A stretch of 64,000 nt of DNA from Asterias rubens (GCF_902459465.1 NC_047077.1:11966001-12030000), one strand, 5' to 3'. Positions 12,263 through 25,178 are shown, numbered from the stretch's first letter. Notes: a model not told the origin generated them from the sequence alone. Numbers and translations: made by a program.

Positions 12263-15200
12263 TCTCGTCTTCTCTTCGAGTTGGTAGATTAAAGAGCAAA
12301 GAAGCTTTGAAGATCTATTCGCCATGTTTCGGCACCACAGAGAACAACCCAGAGCCTTGCACTTTTCCAATTACCCTTTGGTATAAATGGTACTGTCCAA
12401 TAGCTATTTTTGAAACCTATTTATTTATTCGTTTATGAAATAATAATATTTAAAGTTTTTTTGTATATATATAATTATAATCGTTTACTGTTTACACCGA
12501 CATTTTCACATTCTCATCCTTCACTTCATACGTGCTTTAGTTATCAGTTAAATTAAACCAAAATGAAGAATATTTAAAAGCTAGTGTTTTATCCGTGTAA
12601 ATGGTTTTGGGTGCTGTACGATGTGTTGTGATTGGATATAATTTTAGCCATCGGAGATTTTTTTTTTCCTGCGGTTATGTATCAGCTGCTCTCAGTGTTC
12701 AAAACGCCCCTTTTTACTTCATAAGTAAAGTTGTTCATTATTTGTATACATACAAATGTTTTCTCCTTTGGAAATTAAAACTGTTTCCATGTGACAAGTG
12801 CACCCTCGACGTTTGTTCTGTGTCGATATCAAAGTATGCGACTGTGGTGACTCAATGGCTCCGAAGAGTTGTAAACTTTACACATAATTTCCTCTAGACC
12901 TGCGGCACTATTAAAACAATAGTTATCACTACATTTGAGTCGTGACCAGGACCTTGAATACTGTATTGCAAAATTGCATACCAATTTATGTAATAATGCC
13001 AACTTAACACCAACTTAAAACTAGAGTAAAAAAAGTGTACACGAACTGTTTGTGTCGGCTCTAGTTTTGACACACAAGCAACATACTTTTGTTGAGCCTA
13101 TTTTACTACATTGACAAGTAAGATAAGCAATAATAAAGTCACATAATGCTTTTTGGTACATCCTTTCTTTGCATGGCAAGGTGTGGTTAAAAATGCATTC
13201 ACATGATCCTTTCTCTGGGTGTGGTAAATGACGAACTCACATTGTTCTAAGTTGTCTTTGTTGGGCGTGGTTAATTGAGACCATTCACATTGACAACTTC
13301 CTGGTTAACACTGATGGGCGTGGTTGATTGACGCTTTCACATTGATGATTTCTTCTATAACATAGATGGGTGTGGTAAAATGTCGCGTGTTACTGGATGA
13401 TAGCAGAATGGTGGGTGTACAGCAGAACAACTCGGAGTGATTTCTTGGCGGAAGTCGCGTAAAACCCATACATGGGCGTGGTCGATTCGACACTGATATT
13501 GAAGATACTTTGTTGGGCGTGGTGTCACAGCCTGAAGGTTTCTGACTTTGATCAGTGGTATGAGTCAATTAATGTTTAGGGTGTATCATTAAGAAATGAC
13601 AACCTCATCTCAGTTTCAATTTTTGAGGGCACTAGGGGATTCTTCACGGATGGCAAAAGCTGCGCGTTAGCAATGCGATGCGTTTGCTGTTGTAACTTGC
13701 ATGAATGTTTGTTTGGAATTTTATGTTTGGTGGACATCTTATTTATTTAGCCTAATATTAATTAACCCAAGTTCCATTTTATATTTTTCAGCAACCTATG
13801 CATTCATTAATATTAATTCACATTCTCTTTAATTCACTCCTTGATTAACTCATAAACTATTAATCAACAAACTAATTACTTGCGACCTTATTTAGTTATG
13901 CATACATTAAATAATTTATGTCTCTAGGCCTATTTAAAAAACAAAAAACAAACAAACAGTGCAACAGTGCCTACACAAGGCACAATGTAAACAGTTGAGC
14001 AGACAAGAGCAGTTGAGGAAATCTACATCAATTCCTCAGCCTCTCGATTCATTTTCTTTTACTGGCTATGAAGCTAAAAAAAGTTAATTCAATCCAAGGA
14101 AGGAAGGAAGTTTCAGTTATAGAAGTAGAATGAATTCATGGGAAAACACAGGCAGTCAGGGACTGAAAATCTACCCGGGCGGGATTCGAACCAGGGTGCT
14201 GGATGTGGAAGGCGATGAAAGACCACTATACGCCAACCTGACAGCCCTCATCATCTTTTGATGTCTTTTTATGTCTCTTAATTTTAAAAGAAAACAGTGC
14301 AATGCAGGTCTCTTCCAAAGTAGTGGTCCTGGCAGAGTTTATCGCTGTCCTTTACCCTCGTCGTTTCCAAGTATCTCCCTGGCGCACGCATAAAATATCA
14401 TTCTTGACACGACATGTCTCTAAATGTTTGCTTTATCCTCCGTTTCCTTTTCTTAAATGTATCATTTATTGCGTTTAGTATCCGTTACTCCTTTATTCGC
14501 ACACACTTACCTGACTCATGAAAAGGCAAAGGATTTGGAAATGAAAGGAAGAAAAGGGTGAGAAAAGGAATCTGAATTGAGAATCAAAATAGATTGTGCA
14601 CCATCTATTTTTATTTCTTAATTCTCATCCATGAAGATGTGTTTTACAATCACAGGAGAGGTTTGTGCTTTAGACTCGACAACCAAATAGACACTTCTTA
14701 CGAAGCGAAAGGAATGTCATTGATAGGTTGAAACGTGAACAGAGAGAATAGAAGTAGAAAATAAATGTAATCTTCACGATGTACCGTTGTTCCTATTACT
14801 AACGGTAACATGCATACACATAACACAATTACTACATTTATGACCTTTTCACAATGTACCCACACAGTATCATCAAAGTGAACATTACTACCACTGTTTA
14901 ATACTTTTATTAAATGGACAAGGGGACTGGTCAGGGAAACCAGGGAAGTAGGGAGTATATAGGTACCAAAAAGAGCAGGACCCTTTTTGACGTATATTAG
15001 GAAGTTGTGAAAATATATGGTGAATATTTAGCTGAGGATATAGTGAGATGAAAGCCCAAAGTGTCTTACACCGACCGTTCGGGACTGAAGACATGGATGA
15101 AAAAGGAAGTGTGTCATAAATAAAATAATAAAGAAGTAAACGAACAAATAACAAATTACAAACGAATAACTGGCACCATAAAATACACTTATTCAATTAT

Positions 15201-18200
15201 CACGCTTGATATACTTGATATTGATATACTTGTACGTTAACTTCTTAAAGAATATTACCCATTTTAACTTATACTGTGTGTTATACAATATACCGAATAT
15301 TACCACAGTGGGCGACAATAATGTGAACCCATACATGTGCAGAAACTTACCTTATCCCTGACAAAAATCAAAGTGTCGGGGAATGGGGACTGAATCTTGG
15401 AAAAAAGAGATTCAGAGTCCATAGATAGAGAAGAGACATTTATAAGATAAGAAATACACGATAAGACGAAGCTGTCTCGTCAACTATCTCACACCGATAA
15501 GCTAAGAAGGACAAGAGACATGTGATGATAAAGGAAAAGTGTCCTAAAACAAAATACAAAAATCCCAATAATTTACACCGTAGACTACACTTACTAATTT
15601 TATACCTTATGAAATAACTACATAAATGTTTATCACATTATAACCAGTAAAACTAATTTAACACGCTTACTGATTTACTTACCTTATTAGCTACTTACAA
15701 AAAATGATCACTACAAAACTTGGTAACAGAATACACATAACCAGTGAGACATAGTTGTACATTTCTGAAACTGTAGGCCGGCCCTAAACGTACCCATACA
15801 TTCAGAAGCTTACCTTGAGTTGGTCATCCCATACAAAACAGATTGTCATGGGATGGGGACTGCATCTTTAAAAAAAGAGATCCAGGGTGCACAGATAGAG
15901 AAGAGAATTTGTTTTCAAGATAGGACAAATGAAAGGATTTCCAAGATGAGATGGTAGCCCAAAGAAAATCTATCATAACTACATCAGATCAGTTGGTTAA
16001 GAACAAGAGACAAATGGACGAAAAAGGAAAAGTGTCCAAATGGGGAATTCTTTTAAAACCATATTATTTGCGACACATACTACACTTACTCATTTATCAA
16101 GACAATACTTGTACCTTAACTACCTACAATAATTATTAACCCGTATACTTTAAATGTTTTATAATCAGAGCACACCAATGTTTTATAATAAGAGCACACC
16201 AAAGATATTACCAGATTGTCAGACATAACCCATTTAACACGCTTACTGATATACTTACACCGTATTAACTACTTACTAGTGTTTGCTACTACAAACTTGT
16301 ACATAGAACACACATACCAGAAAGACATAATAGTAAACATTTCTGTCACTGGTAACCTTAACCATACCTGTACAGAAACTTACCTTGAGTTTGTTATACC
16401 TGACAAAACAGATTGTCATGAGGGTGTATAGAAAATGAAATTAAATATTATAAGAAGTATGGATTTCCAAGCTGACATGACAGCCCGAAATCTGTCTCTA
16501 TGAATGGAACAATAGTAAAGTGGGATAACCTTAACCATACCTGTACAGAAACTTACCTTGAGTTTGTTATACCTGACAAAACAGATTGTCATGAGGGTGT
16601 ATAGAAAATGAAATTAAATATTATAAGAAGTATGGATTTCCAAGCTGACATGACAGCCCGAAATCTGTCTCTATGAATGGAACAATAGTAAAGTGGTACC
16701 CCCAAACTAATATACAATAGTTTGCACCATAGCCTATACTTACTTAATTATCATGCTCAGCAAAACACAAGTACCTTATTAACTGCTTACAACAATCTTA
16801 ACCACTTAAGACATAAGAAGTTGTAAATATTTCCGACACACTGTAAACATTTTTCAGGCACTTACCTTATCCCTGACAAAAAAAATGTCCTGGGATGGGG
16901 AGTGTGTCTCAGAAAAAGTGATTGAGGATTATAGGCAGAGAGATTCTCTGAGATGAGGAAATAAGAAGTGTTTGAAGGGGGGGGGGGGGCTGTGAGGAGG
17001 ATTTGCCACAGGTGCGAAGGACAGCCGTAAAAAGCTGTCTTGGAGTGTCACAGAGTAAAAACCACCTTAGATTGAATTGCTCTTAATTACAATTACAATT
17101 AAGGAATTGTTTTACTTGCAACTTACTTAAACTTGTACCATGAATACTTTCTCAAAAATGTAACCCCACCAGATTAACAAACCTATTAGGACGAAAATTG
17201 CTTTTTATTTAAATCAGATTCATGTGTTAACTTACCTTTATTCATGGGGGACTTTAAAAGATAAAATATAGGCGTTACTGAAAATTGGTGCAACCATTTA
17301 CATGAAGAAATGTAAATTGTAACAATCAAAATAAGAACAATGTTATGTTGATTAAGACAAAGAGCAGACAGAGAAAATGACAACTGGGTCTTCATGACCA
17401 CAAGACCACCAAAGTTTCTTCAAACAAGAAAATAGATGGTGGTAAATACATGAGGAATTTCTATGTAAGAACCAACCCAAGAAGAGTGTTATGTTGATTA
17501 AGAAAAAGAGCAGACATAGAAAATTACAACTGGGTCTTCATGACCTCAAGACATCATTGGCAGACCACCAAAGTTTCTTTAAACAAGAGAATAGATGAGG
17601 GCAAACAAGTACATGAGAAATTTCAATGTAAGAACCAACACAAGAAGAGTGCAGAGAGAGAAAATTCCATCTGAATCTTCATGACCTCAAGACATCAATA
17701 GCAGACCACCAAGGTTTACAAACACCAGTTAATCTCTTGACAAATTCAATACAACTCCACTGTTGAAAATATCAACATTGTGTCACGAAAACACTCAATT
17801 ACCTCACATCGGGATCACATTCAGATGAATACATGATTCACAAAGAATGATTTTCTTATGTGATGGTGAATGAGACGTGATCTGCGTTAATGATCCCAGA
17901 GCCGAGACAAAATGTGGTTTTATGAATCCACGGAAGACTGTGTGAACTTGAGTGATGGACATCAAAATAAGAAAAAGAGGTGGACAAGATTTCAAAGCAA
18001 GACTCTGAATGTCTTGAACATTTATAGTGCAGTATGAGGCGAAAAAACTGTGTTTTTCTTGTGCATATAGACTAAAATACTATAAGCTTAATTTGGTTTA
18101 ATTTAACTTACTTCATAACTCTACTTACTTAAGTAATGTTTGTTCTGCTATTTTATTTTATAGCAATTTCTGTATCTACTCATTAATAGCAAACATCTAT

Positions 18201-20627
18201 TCCCTCTCCAGGAGGTTCGCTCATCCAATTGTTATCTCAATCATTCACTCTATTACAAACTGTAAGGCTAAGAATGCAATACTTTTATTTACTTCATAAC
18301 TCTACTTCTTCAAGCAATTTGTGTTATGTCGTTTTATTTCTTCGTGTATCCACTCATTTAGCAAACATTCATTCCCTCTCCAGGAGGCCACATATTCATC
18401 AAATTGTTGTCTCAATCATTCACTCTATACTACTTGGAACTTGAGTTATAAGAAAAAATATAATTGGGCTAAGCACCCGTTCGCTTGTTTCCTTCATATT
18501 ACTACTTTCTCCATTTTTTTAAAAGGACTTACTTTTTCAGTTGTTAAAACTTCCCTTAGGAGCATTTATCTTTTATTTATTTGGTGTGTATAATTTAATG
18601 TTCGTGTGGTGGATTGTTTGGGTCAGTAATGTTGGTGTTGAGTTTTGCCTTTGCATCGCATTGCGTACAACGAACTGAGTTGTTCTAAAAGTCAGCTTTC
18701 TCGCGAAGCCATTTAAAGTTACGCAATTCATCAATAGAACCTATAATCCTGTTAGGTGCATTGACGATCAATGTAGTTTTCTTCTTTATCGCATCTCCTT
18801 TGAAAATTGTAATACTATTTCTTTTGTTGACGCAATGAATGACATCAGTTCCGAGTGAAGTTGTTACGTTTGCTGGAAGCTATCACGACCTTTCGCCTCA
18901 TTGGTCAGTTCGTGTGTGAACAGGTGTGTGTACTGCGAGTTCAACAATAGCTGAGCAAGGATATCACATTCCAATTCGGGCTATATGGCTCCAACTACAA
19001 CCTTTTTTTGAATTAAGTACGTTGAACCCATTTCTTTTTTATTCTAACATTTTGGCCAAAGTTATATCAAGCAGATGGATACACACATTGTGCAAAATAT
19101 ACATCATTGTCATGAAAGGCATTAACAAATTAACTTCACAAGACACTTTAGAAAATTAATGAGGTTTAAAATATACCCTGTCATGCATGTAAAAGAAATA
19201 TTATCCTTTTTTATTATTTTTACTATCTGTTACAGTTTTTGTTCGAACCTCCTATTTTGATACAAGATACAAGATAAGTTTTAATTGGCAGTTAGATGTA
19301 CTATGAATTCATGCAAAATAATGAGTACATGTATGTATCAATCATTTTCATCGTCACAAAGAACTTTCGTTTGGTGCTATTATTTTTGAGAAAACAGCCA
19401 TTTGCAATAACAATTTATTTAACGAGCATTTGTTTTATGTTCATTTTACCCTCATGAGCATGAATGAAAAGTAAAGTTCGAGAGGAATTTGCTGGTGAAT
19501 CTGTGTACACATAATATTAATACAACATTTTACCAGCGTTTTGACAAAATAAAATAAGGTTTTCAACACACAGCTGAACATTTTGTTTATTCCCAAAGAC
19601 TTGCAGTAAAAAAAAAACATTGAAACAATATCTCTATGTTCATGAGAGTTGTTTGCCCTACTCAGTACTGGTGGTTCTAAAAAGAACCGACTCACCCCCT
19701 CCTGGTCAGGCCTGACCGTCTTCTTCATTCTTCTAGGAGTAAAACTGTCTCTCTTGTTGCACAAAAACTGTTGCACTAGCAAGTTTCAGCACCACAATCG
19801 CCGTCTAGCAATAGTGACTATACGCTCGTAGCTGTACGGTCTCAACTTCTCGAAGAACTGGAGAACAGAAAGCCGCTGGTTGGCGGGCGGCACACGTGCG
19901 ACGAAAAAGTGTGAAATGATGCAGCATTTTCACTTCCGAAATTCAGCCTTTTTATTCGTCCAGTTCCAGCTTCAAATGGTTTACATTTGGTCTATATCAT
20001 TTATGGCGTCCACTTCTTCCATGGTTTGATAAAAAATTTGGCAAAAATGTGAAAATTGCCGTAAATTAGGACAGCGAAATACGATGGAGTCGCAAGGTTG
20101 TTACATTCCGTTCTACATGTGTTAATTACACCAAGTGAAAAACAACAAAATTGCCTTTTCGGACCGCTTACCTGTGATTATATTCCTACGCGAGGCGCTT
20201 ACTTGTTGAAAAATCTAAACAAAAATACATTTTTAATAAACGTGAATATTTTTTCTTCAAAAGTACCCCAAATAAAATAACTCGGAAAAATTTGATTGTG
20301 TCTGTCTTTTGTTTTCGAATGTTTACACACCAAAGGTGCACTACTTTCACCACGGTTCGCGGAAGGATTTTAACGTTCTACGGTCGCGGAAATGTTGTCC
20401 GTGAAACTTTGAGCATAACGAGGCATGGATTTAAGTGGGCCTTTTTTTTTAAGGGAGTTCATGTAGACTGGTCCCCTGTTTAAGGATAATAACATGTACT
20501 TATTTTTTAGAACCAGCGATTTCATTTGATACAGTAATTTCATTGGATAAACGATAAGTGACGTTTGCATTCTGTGTGCTTTGATTGGTCCGAGGTGAAC
20601 CTGAACTTCCAGTCGTCTGCATATACT

Positions 20628-20778
20628 GGGTGCGTTCGTTTAGCTTCCCTGTGTCGACCCCGGTGTATGGCGGTTTTTATTTCCAGGACGAACGTGGGTT
20701 ATTATCTGCACACGTTCGTTCTGGAAAAAAACCCGCCACACACCGGGGTCGACCCGGGGAAGCTAAACGAACGCACCC
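20628..20778. mobile_element. Palindromic MITE with TIR GGGTGCGTTCGTTTAGCTTCCC (related copy 62560-62815)
   Basis: Near-complete 151-bp hairpin; the same 22-bp TIR occurs at 62560 and 62815. Confidence 0.85.
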
Positions 20779-21329
20779 TATGATGCTAGGTGAAAGGTGC
20801 AAATGGACGGGGATTGATCCTGGCTAAAGGCCACTCTCTGGCGTTATTAATTTATTTATTTATTTGTTTTTATTTTATTTTTAGTTTTTTTGGGGAGGGC
20901 AAATACATAATATTTAGGGGTTTATTATAATTAGTATACAAGGAGGTGAAGGGCCATGGTTCTGAGCGAGGGACAGCAGCACTGGCAGATCAAGATATTA
21001 ATTATGTCAACCCTTGTTGAAGGCCCGCCTAGTGTATCCAGGGGGTAAAGCCATTAGTAGAGAGATAAAGTTTCAGTATTTTTTCTCAAAAGTGTGGACT
21101 GGGGGTTTTGATGACTTCCAACTTGGTAATTTGGATAACACCACTGATGGTCCTACGCTATTTGCAGAGAGGTATGTAGGAAGTTTCTCAAGTTTTGGAA
21201 ATAATATTAATTACGACGGCGGCCGAATGTTCCAAGTGGAGGTCTAGCTAGGAGGGGGATAACTACACATGCCTTGTGACTCGGTCCATGCCCTATCATA
21301 ACTGTTGAGCAGAGGGTGCGCTCAATACT

Positions 21330-21415
21330 TTCCAGAGTCCTGGGGGTGGGAATAGAACCTATGACCCTGTAATTCCAGAGCAGTGTCTTACCAACTAGAC
21401 TACCGAGGTTGCCCG
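21330..21415 (-). mobile_element. tRNA-derived SINE fragment
   Basis: Minus strand GGTAGTCTAGTTGGTAAG ... GGTTCTATTCCCACC with A/B-box-like motifs and no intact cloverleaf. Confidence 0.55.
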
Positions 21416-21959
21416 GAAGCTAGATGCAGTTCGAATCCTATGTTTTGGCAGCGGGCACCGCAACGATATAATAGCTTCAAATCCCACCACAGTAACATGC
21501 CTGTATTTTTCACAGGACTCGGGAAAGTACTGAGTATGAAGTCGAGTTTGTTTGTGCTGAGCTAGATAGCCTGAACATCTGACGTCACACTTTGAGGCTC
21601 GTGAATAATGATCCTTTAAAAAAAACAATGGCTTTGGCTTGGGCTCAGGCTGGCTTGGGGCTCCCAGTTGTTTTGGCAATAATAAAGCAGCCTCCAGTGC
21701 TTTGCGAATGCACGAACCTCTGAAGCCAAATCAAAAGCCGAAACCGGGGAGAATTAACAGTTGTCTGCTAAGCAGAATGATGAGCAGGATACCAGACACA
21801 AATTGTGTTTTTGACATTTTAGTTTGGTTGGTAACCATATTCTGGTATTCCCTTGTAAGCATGACGTTTATTTGCTTATAAATAATTATAGCTACTTTAT
21901 TTTGGCCCTGTCTTGTAAACCCTGAGGAAATAGAGATCAGTGGATGAGGTACGGTATGG

Positions 21960-22354
21960 TATGGTGGCCCTGAAGGGACATCGCACATCGCAAATATCTT
22001 TGCAAATATTTGTGATGTCGCAAACATCTTTGCAGATATTTGCGATGTCGCAAATATCTTTGCAAATGGTATGGTGGCCCTGAAGGGACATCGCCATCGC
22101 AAATATCTTTGCAAATATTTGTGATGTCGCAAACATCTTTGCAAATATCTTTGCAGATATTTGCGATGTCGCAAATATCTTTGCAAATATCTTTGCAAAT
22201 AATTATTTGCGATGTCGCAAACATCTTTGCAAATTTGAAAAGATATTTGCGACATTCCAAATATTTGCAAAGATATTTACAAAGATATTTTGCGACATCG
22301 CAAATTATTTGCAAAGACATTTGCGATGTGCAATGTCGCTTCAGGGCCACCATA
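21960..22354. mobile_element. Foldback-type TIR element with tandem-repeat-filled arms
   Basis: TATGGTGGCCCTGAAG.GACAT.GCACATCGCAAAT at both ends, inverted; interior made of GCAAATATCTTT and GCGATGTC subrepeats. Confidence 0.8.
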
Positions 22355-22355
22355 G

Positions 22356-22533
22356 TATGGCCATTTTCGAATCGACTGGATTTGGCTTTGGATTCGGCTC
22401 GGGCTAGCTTTGCCTGGCGGTTGTTTTTACAATTTTATTTTGCGCGTGCTTATACTCGCCCAGGGTTTCTGACGAGAGAACGGAGCCTCAAGCCGAATCC
22501 CAAGCCGAAGCCGTGGTTTCGAAAAGGGCCATA
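22356..22533. mobile_element. MITE with TATGGCC.TTTTCGAA TIR and GGCTT(C/T) subrepeats
   Basis: tatggccattttcgaatc...gtttcgaaaagggccata; a related half copy lies at about 21620-21750. Confidence 0.7.
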
Positions 22534-22951
22534 GTCTTTCAGTAATCCATCGCCACTGGAGGGCGCTATCCCTAACAGCTTTGACAAGATTTCGCTCACG
22601 CTTTTGTATCTCGTAGCCTCACAAAAAGGCCATTTCTGCGGCTGTTGTTAGTGACAAAATTGCAGGTAATAATAACGTTTTATATTTGCTACATTTTATG
22701 TGATTATAACGTCGATTTTTGTTAGAAAACACTGACTGGAAACGGTTTATTTCTAAGCTAAGGATTGTAATTGTATTAGTCCTACTCCTAGAACTATTTC
22801 GGTTTCGTCCGGCTATCGTCTCCCCGTAACGGGGACGATAGCCCGTCAGTCAGTGCCGTGGTGCCGCCGTCGCGTTGCCTGCAACGGAGGAGTCAAACCT
22901 GGGCTAACATACTCCTAGTTAGAACTATTTCGGTTTCGTCCGGCGGATAAC

Positions 22952-23075
22952 TTTCCGTATGGCGCCACCACTTTTTCACTCATTTATATAAAAAGGGATA
23001 TTTATATGTCATTGAGGTAAATTAGATACTATATTATTTCATATCGAATGAAAAAGTGGTGGCGCCATACGGAAA
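22952..23075. mobile_element. MITE with TIR TTTCCGTATGGCGCCACCACTTTTTCA (degenerate copy about 4030-4115)
   Basis: 27-bp perfect inverted repeats. Confidence 0.8.
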
Positions 23076-24207
23076 CTTTTCCTTATTTTACCTCAATGAG
23101 ATATTCCTTTTTTTTGGTTGTAAAAATGAGTGATAAAGTGATGGCGCCATGCTCTTCACGAATTACAGGAACTGAATACACATAAAGTCTGCCAATCGAT
23201 TGGAATGGAATTGCTCAAACAAATCATCAGAGTCACAAACGGCACTACTAGTACTACAATCTTTCTGAACTTCTCAAGAGAGGGCGGGGAGGGCGGTATT
23301 AGTTGAAAACCGTGACCCGGTTTATTTATCAAAAAAGTTCAAAACTGGCTGCGCTCGCAGAGTTGCACCGGTGACCATGCTAAGAATCTTTTTCATGTGT
23401 GAAAAAATGAGGTGAACTTTTGCCCTTTTTCAAAAGGATTTTGAAAGAAGAGAGTTTTATTGACCTCCGAGTCCTACAGGAGTAATTTGAAACTCACACA
23501 GTTTGTGTGGTCGAAGCAAGATCAATTTAAAAAACCTTTCTTTTGTGTGTGGCCGGACCAAATTTCAGTATCGCGCTACCTTTGACAAAATTGCAACCAT
23601 CCACAATAATGGCGTCACTTTGGCTCAAACTTACCCGGCTAATCATTCCACTACTGTAGTGATTTACTTGTAAAGTTGTAGTTAGTAGTGTAATGGAAGG
23701 TATCATAAAACTTGGAGCACGTGTATGTAGTAAAAATTGTGTACGTTTTTTCTGAGCTCCGGTAATAAGCTTCTATTTGTAGCATTAGTGTGAAGTGCTA
23801 CTGAGTCTATGTGTTAGGGACGAAATTTAGTGTATTTTCATGATAGTCAGCAGGGCTAGTAACCCAGATTTTTTAGCAGCCCTGATGAGATTTTGGTAGC
23901 AAAAAAACCCCCCACATTACGTCTTGAGTCACGGCACAAATTGGTCACGGAAAGTATTTTATTTTACAATACCCTCAGTACAGTTCATTAATGTTTGTGA
24001 TGTTGATTTTTGCATTACAGCCTGGCTGTAACTCTGGTGTCGCGTGGCTAGCAGGCTGGTGGCAATTTTGACCCCTGCCAAGTGAGAATACTGGTCTTTG
24101 ACAAATTACCAATATAATTTAATAGTGTCCACTGTCCATTGCCTTAAATATGGAATTTAAAAAAATTGTCACTGCTTTTTCCCCTCCTCAGAGCTTTTAT
24201 TGGAACC

Positions 24208-24390
24208 ATGGCGACACCTGGTACCCAAGCCAATGTAACTCCTCCTAGTAATCCGACTCACACCCCCACCCCAACACTACAAGGTCAACGGGAGGTCAAC
24301 TGTGTATCACTCTGCAGACTGGGACAAGAAACTGTACAAGACATCGTAGCAAAGACCAATGAGATCTTCGTAGTCTTAAAATCCACGCAG
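24208..24390 (+). CDS. MED30: Mediator subunit 30, coding exon 1
   Basis: MATPG...REVNCVSLCRLGQETVQDIVAKTNEIF resembles human REVNTASLCRIGQETVQDIV; donor CAG|GTAGAA. Confidence 0.93.
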
Positions 24391-25028
24391 GTAGAAACTT
24401 TTAACAATAGATTTGCAATTTTGGGTGTCAAAACGCGCACCAAAGGAATGGACTCCCCAAATAGGCAGAACTGGTTGAAGCGCATTGTCCGTGTACTATC
24501 CTTTTGTGCGCCTTTTTGACACCCAAAATGGCGGACACGAGACGCAAGTGCGCTGCACGTTGTGCAATGGATCTATAGTCATAACCCTTGACCCTCCTAA
24601 GAGTCGTAGAACGGGGTTTACAACAAACTATGTGTTCAAATGTTGTCCCCCCGCAACATCCAAACATCTAAAATTACCCAATTAATTGCACTGTCTTTAC
24701 ACCAGGGCCCAATTTCATAGACCTGCTTAGCACAAAAATTTGCTTAAAGCATGAAATTTTTGCCTTGATAAAAACAGGATTACCAATCATATTTACACGT
24801 GATCTCCAGGATGAGAAAAACAAGAGCTGAATACCAGTAACAAGCAATATACAACAAATGAAAATTTGGTTGGTAATCCTGTTTTTATTAATGAAGAAAT
24901 TTCATGCTAAGCAAATTTTTGTGCTTAGCAGTTTTATGAAATTGGGCACAAGCCTTGAAAAAACACATGGGTGAGTCTAAGTTGCACTACATCAATCAGC
25001 AATACTGATTTTATTTTTTTTATTTCAG

Positions 25029-25178
25029 CTGCCAAATGGTGTGTCGAACACCAATCCACAACACCAAACCAAGCTACAAGATTTAATTCGAAACGTCCAG
25101 AGTCAGTTCAAGAAACTCCGCTTATTGTATGATAAATGTAATTTATTGTCAGGAGGTATGGACCAAAGCAACGCAGAG
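25029..25178 (+). CDS. MED30: MED30 coding exon 2
   Basis: tatttcag|LPNGVSNTNPQHQTKLQDLIRNVQSQFKKLRLLYDKCN...NAE|gtaagt; 150 nt, phase 0-0. Confidence 0.93.

Noticed and set aside
21731-22534. ORFs of 138-179 aa on both strands
   Set aside because: Low-complexity translations of foldback subrepeats.
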